Source: Verrucomicrobiia bacterium (GTDB lineage: Bacteria > Vulcanimicrobiota > Vulcanimicrobiia > Vulcanimicrobiales > Vulcanimicrobiaceae). Taken from it: 44,054 nt of DNA. The translations under genes were made by a program, and so were the position numbers. Numbering within the stretch: position 1 is the stretch's first letter; every line of letters starts with the position of its first letter. The notes below the pieces were generated by a model that was not told the DNA's origin, did not search any database, and was given only the letters and a program-made list of their open reading frames with translations. This document shows positions 35,440 to 42,106 of this stretch, piece after piece. The DNA lies in NCBI GenBank assembly GCA_035505015.1, contig DATJRF010000093.1:1-44054 (forward strand). The letters are read 5' to 3'.

Positions 35440-37362
35440 CTACCAGATGATGATGACGGAACCGTTGCCGGCCTGGGTACCGTTCGTCGTCGTCACGTTC
35501 GTCGCGCCCGTTATGTAATACGAGGACCCGCCGCCGCCACCGCCGCCCGCGATTCCATCGCTTGCGCCGCCTCCGCCTCCGCCCCAGTAACCGCCGCCTC
35601 CGCCGCCGCCCCCGGATCCTACGCCGCTGCAACTGCTCACGCACGTCGCGCCGACGCCCCCGTTTCCGCTGGTTCCCGCGCTCCCGTTCGTGGTTCCGAC
35701 CGATCCGTCGCCGCCCGGTCCGCCGCCAGATTGGGTTCCGCCGCCGCCGCCGCTCCCGCTTCCGGAGCCCGGACACGTACCGCCATCTTCCCCGGTGGGG
35801 TAGCCCCCGTAGCCGCCGTAGGGCTGGCCGGACGTCCCGCAGTTATCGGCGCCCCCGCCCCCTCCGGCGCCGAGGACCAGGAGAACGCCGCCTTGGGCGA
35901 CGCTCGATGCGCCGCCGCCGCCGCTGCCGACGTTGATCGCCGCGCCGTAGCCCCCGGCGGCGCCGCCATTGAATCCGCCCGATCCGGCCGTACTTGACGT
36001 TCCCTGCTGGCCCTGCCCGCCGGTGAGGACATCCAGGCTCCCTGCCGCAACCGGGACGGTCGCTTGCACGGTACCGCCGTCGCCGCCTGGGCCGGAGCTC
36101 GTGCCGCACGACGTGTCGCACCCTGCGGCGCCTTGCGCCCCTGCGGCGTTCACGGTGACCAGCGTGACGCCCGCGGGAACCGTTATCGACTGCGTCGAGC
36201 CCGTGTACCCGAAGTTCGTGTACGCGAGCGTCACCGCTTGGCTCTGGCCTAAACCGTCACTCAACGTCAAAGCCGTGCAGGTGCCGGGTGACGGGACCGA
36301 TGCGACGCTCGCGGTGAATGAATTGCCGCTCCGTAATACCGTGCCGATGCTCCCGCAGCCGCTGCCGTTGGTTACGGTGAGCGATTTGCTATATGGCGCA
36401 TTGGTCCAGCCGGCTTCCGATGTGGTAAACGTGCCACTCGACCCCGCGCCGGTCGTAGCGTACAAATCCACGCCCGCGAAGGACGGATTGAGCGTGTCGC
36501 TCGTCGTGACGACGATCGGCTGCAAGGCCGGCGCGAACTGCGCGCTGCCGTTCGTCGCGCCGCTCGCGCGCGCCGTAATGGTTACCGGCAAGATGGCGAG
36601 GCCGGTGTAGCTCAACTTCGCGGTATCGCTCGAACTGAGCAGTTGCCCGGCCGGCGGACTATCGCTGCCCGACGTCGCGATGCTCGTCGCGCCGCTGGCG
36701 TCGTCGTCGCTCAGCGTCACCGCGTTGTCGTACGCGCCGACGATCGTGTCGCCGTCCGCATCTTTCGCGCTAACCGTAAACGCTTGCGACGACGCGAACG
36801 GCGTGCCGGCCGTTCCGCTCGGCAAGCCGCTAACGACGAGCGATGCGACGACGCCATCGAGCGTGAAGCCGATGTCGTTGGTGATTCCGCCCTTCATCGT
36901 AAACGGCACGTTATTTGCCGTCGACAACAGCTTGGCGCCGGCGGGGATGCTGCCGCTTACCGGCGCCTTGTCGTAGGTTTTGATGGTGACGGTGTAGCTA
37001 CCGGCAAGCAGCGTCACCGCGATGGTACAGGTCAACGGCGATCCCGTGCATCGCGGATCGCTTGGCGTGAGGTTGACCACTTGGGTCGTCGTCGACGGCC
37101 CGGTAAAGGCCATGGTCATTCCCTTGGTTGCCGCCGAAATATAGCGCGGCGCTCTCCCGCGGGGGCCCTTTGGGATTCGGATGTGGATCCTAAGCGCCCC
37201 TTTACGCCGACGTTTTTCAGCAATCGTCGAGGGATGCGCGCGCGCAGGCGCGGCGCTCGCATCGCTCGATGCGGGCAACGACGAACTCCGCTCGCCCGCA
37301 CTCGCGCATCCCGCCAGCAGACCGACCGCACAGAGGGTCGCAATCGTGCGCCGTACATCCAT
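35440..37362 (-). CDS. Lipoprotein with Ig-like middle region and a C-terminal glycine-rich (polyglycine, ALK-like GRD-type) domain
   Basis: The lipobox is AVGLLAGC. The C-terminal ~260 aa begin FGYTGSTQSITVPAGVTLVTVNAAGAQG, contain GGGGGGGGYWGGGGGG and GGGGGGGSSYYITG, and end GNGSVIIIW. Confidence 0.75.
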   Translation of the reverse strand: MDVRRTIATLCAVGLLAGCASAGERSSSLPASSDASAAPARAHPSTIAEKRRRKGALRIHIRIPKGPRGRAPRYISAATKGMTMAFTGPSTTTQVVNLTPSDPRCTGSPLTCTIAVTLLAGSYTVTIKTYDKAPVSGSIPAGAKLLSTANNVPFTMKGGITNDIGFTLDGVVASLVVSGLPSGTAGTPFASSQAFTVSAKDADGDTIVGAYDNAVTLSDDDASGATSIATSGSDSPPAGQLLSSSDTAKLSYTGLAILPVTITARASGATNGSAQFAPALQPIVVTTSDTLNPSFAGVDLYATTGAGSSGTFTTSEAGWTNAPYSKSLTVTNGSGCGSIGTVLRSGNSFTASVASVPSPGTCTALTLSDGLGQSQAVTLAYTNFGYTGSTQSITVPAGVTLVTVNAAGAQGAAGCDTSCGTSSGPGGDGGTVQATVPVAAGSLDVLTGGQGQQGTSSTAGSGGFNGGAAGGYGAAINVGSGGGGASSVAQGGVLLVLGAGGGGGADNCGTSGQPYGGYGGYPTGEDGGTCPGSGSGSGGGGGTQSGGGPGGDGSVGTTNGSAGTSGNGGVGATCVSSCSGVGSGGGGGGGGYWGGGGGGASDGIAGGGGGGGSSYYITGATNVTTTNGTQAGNGSVIIIW

Positions 37363-37364
37363 CG

Positions 37365-38948
37365 TTAGTGAACCCCGACGTTTCCGAGCGTGACCTCAAC
37401 GTTCACCACGAGCGTTCTGCCCGCGGCGTCCGAAAAAGTCGCACTGCACTTCGCTATGTTGCCGCTCGTGCCGGCATTCTTGGCTTTGACCGTAAACGAA
37501 GAAGCACTCTGGCCAACACCCGGCGCGAACGCAGCCCAGTTGCCGCCCGCCGCCGGATCGTCAGTTTTGTTACAGGTATCGCTCTTGAGCGTGAAGTTCG
37601 GCGCGTGCGACCACTTGGGAGCGCTCGGCGTCAAGGTCGCGGTATCGCCGACGGCGGTGAACTGTACCGAGCCCGGGGAAGTCGCGCTTCCGTCTACGCA
37701 TGCGTCGGCTTTCTGCGCGCAGACGACGGCGATCACCGGCACGGGTAAGGTGACCGAGATCGGAAGCGACGCGGAGCTGCCGATGCCCGCGATCTTCGCG
37801 GTGCACGAGCCGGGCCCGGTGGCCGTCACCGTATAGGTCGCCTTGCCGCCGCTATTCTTCGAAGCGCTTAGCGTCGCAACGTTCCCACAGTTGTCGCTCT
37901 CGTCGAACGAGCCGGTGTAGTTGGCCTGCTTTGCGGTGACAGTTTTCGTGCTGGACGAACTTACGGCCGTGAAGCTCAGGCTGCCGGGCGAGAGCACGAC
38001 GCTGCCGAACACCGAGATCGGCAGCGACGCCGACTCACGGTCACCGCCGGTGAACGTCGCGTTACACGATCCCGCAGCCACCGGCGTGACCGTGTAACTC
38101 GCGCTACCACTGCCGTTGGCGGTCGCAGCCAGCGTTGCGATCTTCGCGCAATCGTCGCTTTCGGTAAAGCTCCCGGTGTACTTGGCTTGCGTCACGGCGA
38201 CCGTCTTGCTGTTTGCCGACCCGGTCGCGCTGAAGCTCAGGCTCGAGGGCTTCAGCACGACGCCGCCGAGCGCCACGACCGAGATCGGCAGCGACGCCGA
38301 CTCGCCGTCCCCACCCATGAACGTTGCCTTACACGATCCTGCCCCCACCGGCGTGACCGAATATTTCCCGTCGCCGCCTCCGTTTCGATCGGCTGCCAGC
38401 GTCGCGATCTTCGTACAATCGTCGCGCTCGGAGAACGTCCCTCCGTATGAGCCCTGCGCGATTCGAACGTCCTGCGCGTACGAGGAACCGATCGCCGTGA
38501 ACTTCAGGCTCGACGGCGACAGGAGAATGGAGCCGGTCTTCGGGACGTTCTCGACCTGCAAGGCTGCCGAGGTGACGATCGCGCCTCCCGCGCCGCTTAC
38601 GGAAATCGATGCCGATCCCGGCCCGGCCACAATGACGTACGCCTTGCCGTTGGCGCTCACCAGCGTCTGCTTTCCGTGCGCTTCGCGTGCGTTAGGCGAC
38701 ATGACCGCCGGCAACGCCGATGAAAGCCTCAACACGGCACGATCCGTCGATGTGTACGTGAACGGTCCCGTATACGCGCCCTGACTCGCCTCCACGCGCG
38801 CAACGTCACCGACGTAGTGCAGCTTACCGGTGACGTGCACCGATAGCGGCGCGCGTGACGCGGGCGGAATACTAGCCGGCGTGCATGATGTGAAAAGGGC
38901 CGCCAACAATGTGGCAGCAAGCCATCTCAATGCCAATCGACAGACCAC
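37365..38948 (-). CDS. Lipoprotein made of tandem ~87-aa two-cysteine Ig-like repeats
   Basis: GTG 38948 has GGAG 7 nt upstream. The lipobox is ALFTSC. There are three clear repeats (aa 139-227, 228-314, 315-402) flanked by degenerate copies. The stop lies 2 nt before the start of the next gene. Confidence 0.75.
   Translation of the reverse strand: MVCRLALRWLAATLLAALFTSCTPASIPPASRAPLSVHVTGKLHYVGDVARVEASQGAYTGPFTYTSTDRAVLRLSSALPAVMSPNAREAHGKQTLVSANGKAYVIVAGPGSASISVSGAGGAIVTSAALQVENVPKTGSILLSPSSLKFTAIGSSYAQDVRIAQGSYGGTFSERDDCTKIATLAADRNGGGDGKYSVTPVGAGSCKATFMGGDGESASLPISVVALGGVVLKPSSLSFSATGSANSKTVAVTQAKYTGSFTESDDCAKIATLAATANGSGSASYTVTPVAAGSCNATFTGGDRESASLPISVFGSVVLSPGSLSFTAVSSSSTKTVTAKQANYTGSFDESDNCGNVATLSASKNSGGKATYTVTATGPGSCTAKIAGIGSSASLPISVTLPVPVIAVVCAQKADACVDGSATSPGSVQFTAVGDTATLTPSAPKWSHAPNFTLKSDTCNKTDDPAAGGNWAAFAPGVGQSASSFTVKAKNAGTSGNIAKCSATFSDAAGRTLVVNVEVTLGNVGVH
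37743..38534 (-). repeat. Three tandem ~260-bp coding repeats
   Basis: The DNA-level similarity is visible by eye, for example ...GCTCAGGCT...CACGACGC.GCCGA...GAGATCGGCAGCGACGCCGACTC...TTACACGATCC.GC..CCACCGGCGTGACCG recurring with a ~260-nt period. Confidence 0.8.
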
Positions 38949-39214
38949 GGGCTAACTCCAATGCTTTGTTGCGGGCGGGCGCTCGAGCGATCTCCTTTAA
39001 CTTAACGTATCGGCCCCCGTCAAGCAAGCAGCCACCTGCGTGCCGCATTCGCGCCAAGTTTAGTCCAAGCGCGATTAGAGGTCATCTCATAAATCCCCGT
39101 GCGTGGATTTCGGGGTGCGATGTCACCTTGGCGTCGGGCCACGCCGCGCTCTTCGCCCCGAAAGGCCGCGTCCACCGCGTAGCGGGAAGCTTTTTTTCGG
39201 GTCCACGCTCGTGA
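38909..39214 (+). pseudogene. Degenerate tyrosine-recombinase (integrase) C-terminal remnant
   Basis: 39056-39181 encodes KFSPSAIRGHLINPRAWISGCDVTLASGHAALFAPKGRVHRV. This parallels the XerC/integrase C-terminus (K-L-S-P-H-x-L-R-H...G-x-D-L...LLGHAxL...Y-T-H). The catalytic His, His and Tyr positions are substituted. Confidence 0.4.
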
Positions 39215-39357
39215 TGGCAGCGTTCGCCACCTACCTCGGCGCGGTCGTTCCGCGGCGCTCGGGTTTATCCCACTAATCCCGACTTTGTCTGCGACCGGAA
39301 GCTCCACAAATCCTTATTTTGCGCGCCTCTTGCTATGCGGCACAGGCTTCCGGCCCT

Positions 39358-39399
39358 TTGATAAGCATGAGGTCCCTGGTTCGAGCCCAGGATGGCCCA
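39358..39399 (+). repeat. Direct repeat copy 2 (attR-like): displaced 3' part of tRNA-Ile followed by CCA
   Basis: It matches tRNA positions 33-74. The upstream sequence does not match the tRNA 5' half. CCA is at 39400-39402. Confidence 0.9.
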
Positions 39400-39406
39400 C
39401 CAACTC

Positions 39407-39431
39407 AAAGCCCATAACCACGGGTTTTTTT
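39407..39431 (+). terminator. Terminator-like hairpin plus T tract after the displaced tRNA 3' end
   Basis: A 7-bp stem AAAGCCC/GGGTTTT (with one G-U pair) has an 8-nt loop and is followed by TTTTT. Confidence 0.45.
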
Positions 39432-39454
39432 CATCCCCGGTGAACCCCTAGCAA

Positions 39455-39566
39455 GGGGAGCCTAAGATGCTGGGGAGCCTACTCGGGAGCCTATTTCCAT
39501 GGGAGGCCGCGCGCGCGCGCAGCGTATTCGTGGCGGCTCCCTCGCGCGCGCGCGTACGCGTATACG
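39455..39566 (+). repeat. Iteron-like GGGAGCC(TA) repeats and alternating Py-Pu tracts
   Basis: GGGAGCCTA occurs at 39456, 39473 and 39485. A degenerate copy is at 39501 and an inverted copy, GCGGCTCCC, at 39533-39541. A (CG)n run spans 39508-39520, and a 24-nt perfect Py-Pu alternation spans 39543-39566. Confidence 0.7.
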
Positions 39567-39577
39567 AGACCACATGA

Positions 39578-39880
39578 CGACTCGAACCGCAACGCCCGGC
39601 ACTCGGCGGCAACGGCCAAGGCGAAGGCGGCCCGGCTAACGGGCCGGGCTGGGGTGGTCCGGCTCGGGGCGCATCCCGGAAGCCGCCGCGTGCTCCGTTA
39701 CAGAAGGCCGGGCCGGGCCGCGGCAACTTCTCCATCACCGGCGAGGAAAGGCGTGCGCGGAACGAACGCCACGCTGACGAGATGCGCGAACTATACTACG
39801 AAATCGCGCACGATACCGCGCGGCCAGCAATGGTTCGCCTCAATGCGGCGACTCATCTTCTGAACCGCATCGACTGCCGT
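39578..39880 (+). pseudogene. Phage small-terminase-like / Gly-rich N-terminal phage protein remnant lacking a start
   Basis: The frame opens after TGA 39575 and reads GGNGQGEGGPANGPGWGGPARGASRKPPRAPLQKAGPGRGNFSITGEERRARNERHADEMRELYYEIAHDTARPAMVRLNAATHLLNRID. The first canonical start (ATG 39782) lies inside the conserved part. The end coordinate is approximate. Confidence 0.4.
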
Positions 39881-40241
39881 TACGACGCTCGAGTACAGCA
39901 CGTCGAATATTGGACTGCCGTTCTGCCATTCGTGGCGGTGGGGCATCCGTTTGCGTCTTCGCAAAGCGACCATCATCGAGAAGCCACTGACCGTCTGGCG
40001 CCTCCGTCAAAGCCCACCACCCCTCGTAGTGGCTATGAACACTCTTGCCATTAATCAGATCAATCGCGTCGAGAGCAACGTGCAACTTGTGCGCGTTGCC
40101 CGGGATTTCCACAACGCTCGCATGTACGGATGGCGAGAGCAGGCTCCAGGCGGTCCTAAACTCTTTGCGGCTGATTGCGTCGTAAAAAGCCATCACGACA
40201 CGCGCCGGCCTATCCGCACGCATCTCCTTCCGCGACGTCAT
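39840..40241 (-). CDS. Small hypothetical protein, translationally coupled to the sulfatase gene
   Basis: ATG 40241-40239 shares one base with the sulfatase TGA (40243-40241). The product contains VVMAFYDAISRKEFRTAWSLLSP...YEGWWALTEAPDGQWLLDDGRF. Confidence 0.5.
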   Translation of the reverse strand: MTSRKEMRADRPARVVMAFYDAISRKEFRTAWSLLSPSVHASVVEIPGNAHKLHVALDAIDLINGKSVHSHYEGWWALTEAPDGQWLLDDGRFAKTQTDAPPPRMAERQSNIRRAVLERRNGSRCGSEDESPH

Positions 40242-42016
40242 CAACCCGGAGGCAGTTCGTTTTTTCCTTCGAGGATCGGCTCGAGAAACCGGCCGTCGTT
40301 GACCCCTACCTCGGCCGCAATGAGATCGTTGAGCAACGCATTCATGCCAAGGATGGTCTCGCGATGCGCTTTGGGCTCGACCGCCAAGTTATGCACCTCG
40401 TGAGGGTCGCTTTGGAGGTCGAAAAGCTGCACGTCGTTGTTCTTTAGGATTTCCTCCATCGTTCGCGGGGTATTGAATCCGGTCGGCGCATAGTAGCGAC
40501 CAAACTTGTATCGCCCGTCGAACGCGAAGGAAACAAGGCCGCGCTTCGTTAGGTTTGCCTGGCTGATGGGAGGCTGAGGCGAGTTCAACATCTGCGAATC
40601 CATAACGCTCTGCAGATATCGAGCGTCGACCGTGGCAAGGCCCAAGTAGTTGAAGAGCACGCCCGGGCGCACCGCATCGAGCTTGGCTTCGCTTGGGTTC
40701 GCCAGCAATCCCGAGAAGTCGCGTCCCGGCAGCGCTCTGGCATCGGCGGGGCGCTGCGATTCGGGCAGGCCCGTCAGGCCAACGAACGTGGGGACCAAGT
40801 CTAAGTGACTGGTGAGCGCAGCGCACGTGGCACCGGCCGGCCCCGCGGGATGGGCTATGACCATCGGCACGTGCGCGTTCTGCTCGTAGATGAACGGCCC
40901 CTTGCCCTTTAAGCCGCCGTGGGAACCACCCATCTCGCCGTGATCGGCCGTGAAAACGATCACCGTGTCGCGCCACAAATCCATTTCGTCGAAGACGTCG
41001 ACTACTTGCTTTACGTTCCGTTCGTTATCCTGAATCGTATTCAAGTAGTAGTTGTAGAATATCGTCCACATATCGGTCCGGTCGGTCGGGATCGAACCGG
41101 ACCAGCCGTCCCAGCCCTTTCGATACTCGTCGAGGGCGCCCGGCATCCCCTCGGACGTCAGCGATTCCGCAAGGCTCTCCGGCAGCGTTAGCGGCCATTT
41201 CCGCTCGTAGATCGAGTTCGGCGGCGGGGGCGGCGTCGCATCCGCAGTCACGGGCTTTTGAACCGGCGGTTCGCCCGGAACGTTACCGTCGCCGTACATG
41301 ATGTCGTGCGGATTCACGAAGCTCGCGACCATGAAGAACGGCCTCCCGCCGCTCTTGCGCGATTGCAGGGCGGCGTTGCGAAGCCAGCGCACGCTTTCGC
41401 CGGCGATGAACGGATCGTTCTCGAAGCCGCTGAGAGGAGCGCTCCCGATATCTCCGCCCGCGCCGAACACGTCAAAACCGTAGGCCTGCGCGGCGGTGCT
41501 GTAGTTGACGGTCGGCTCGGGATTGAGTATCCCCTTGTCCATTTCGAACTTGCCGAAATACGCGGTTTTATATCCCAGCTCTTTTAGTACCGATCCGACG
41601 TTTGGGATGCTCGGATTGAGCGTCGGCACGAAGGCAAATTGCTGCTGATCGATAACGTGATGATACTGCGGCGGCCGGCCGGTTAAAAACGTCGCCCGCG
41701 ACGGCGTGCACATCGCCGAGGCCGTGTAGTGATTTGCAAACGTAACGCCGTTTCGTGCAATCCGGTCCGTCCCCGGCAGCGAATACTCCGGGCCGCCATG
41801 GAGTTTATGCGTCTGCTGGTCGACGATGATGAAGACGATATTATAGGGCGGCTTTCCCGGCGGCCCCTTACGCGCCGGCGTTCCGCTCTCGGCCTGCGCG
41901 GGCGCACCTTGCGCGGCACCCGGCAAACTCGATCCCAGCGCGGCTGCCGCGAGCGTCGATGCGCCCAACAGAGCTTCGCGACGATTGACCGTGCCTTTGG
42001 AATCGTCTCTCTTCAT
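40241..42016 (-). CDS. Sulfatase (formylglycine-dependent, Cys-type) with a Tat signal
   Basis: ATG 42016 gives MKRDDSKGTVNRREALLGASTLAAAAL, a Tat-like signal. The sulfatase signature is CTPSRATFLTGR, with DQQTHK and TADHGE blocks. Confidence 0.85.
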   Translation of the reverse strand: MKRDDSKGTVNRREALLGASTLAAAALGSSLPGAAQGAPAQAESGTPARKGPPGKPPYNIVFIIVDQQTHKLHGGPEYSLPGTDRIARNGVTFANHYTASAMCTPSRATFLTGRPPQYHHVIDQQQFAFVPTLNPSIPNVGSVLKELGYKTAYFGKFEMDKGILNPEPTVNYSTAAQAYGFDVFGAGGDIGSAPLSGFENDPFIAGESVRWLRNAALQSRKSGGRPFFMVASFVNPHDIMYGDGNVPGEPPVQKPVTADATPPPPPNSIYERKWPLTLPESLAESLTSEGMPGALDEYRKGWDGWSGSIPTDRTDMWTIFYNYYLNTIQDNERNVKQVVDVFDEMDLWRDTVIVFTADHGEMGGSHGGLKGKGPFIYEQNAHVPMVIAHPAGPAGATCAALTSHLDLVPTFVGLTGLPESQRPADARALPGRDFSGLLANPSEAKLDAVRPGVLFNYLGLATVDARYLQSVMDSQMLNSPQPPISQANLTKRGLVSFAFDGRYKFGRYYAPTGFNTPRTMEEILKNNDVQLFDLQSDPHEVHNLAVEPKAHRETILGMNALLNDLIAAEVGVNDGRFLEPILEGKNELPPG

Positions 42017-42106
42017 CGTACCGATTATCCTCGAGCGGTCTAGGTGCCGTCTCCCCAATACCGCTCGTCGGCCCGCGGCACCTTGAATCAACGCATAACG
42101 GCGAGA

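Larger units (their letters stand above)
34978..39399 (+). mobile_element. Degenerate tRNA-Ile-associated genomic islet bounded by 42-nt direct repeats
   Basis: It is bracketed by the complete tRNA and a displaced 3' tRNA fragment. Inside are an internal tRNA-like fragment, a recombinase-like remnant and stretches of lower GC. No intact integrase is present. Confidence 0.65.

Noticed and set aside
35195-35518. A 107-aa plus-strand ORF between the tRNA and the glycine-rich protein gene.
   Set aside because: It runs through the tRNA-like fragment and into the 3' end of the opposing gene, and it has no recognisable motif. The opposite strand carries a more protein-like but start-less fragment, so I treated the region as islet debris.
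35443-36222. The G-rich coding tract as a simple-sequence repeat or a PE-PGRS-like artefact.
   Set aside because: The glycine runs are interrupted by regularly spaced hydrophobic strands. The ORF is continuous with an N-terminal lipoprotein signal, and it ends in a conserved-looking terminal strand. This is consistent with a folded glycine-rich domain.
39320-39402. A possible second complete tRNA-Ile gene.
   Set aside because: Only positions 33-74 are present. The sequence upstream (TGCTATGCGGCACAGGCTTCCGGCCCT) cannot form the acceptor 5' strand, the D arm or the anticodon-stem 5' strand.
39455-39566. A CRISPR array, suggested by the short direct repeats.
   Set aside because: The repeats are only 9 nt long with 4-8 nt between them. 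They occur in mixed orientation, and no cas genes are present.
39448-39738. A 96-aa minus-strand ORF and a 69-aa plus-strand ORF (39654-39863) beyond attR.
   Set aside because: Their composition is Pro/Arg/Gly-rich. They overlap the frame that carries the phage-like motif, so they are probably shadow ORFs.
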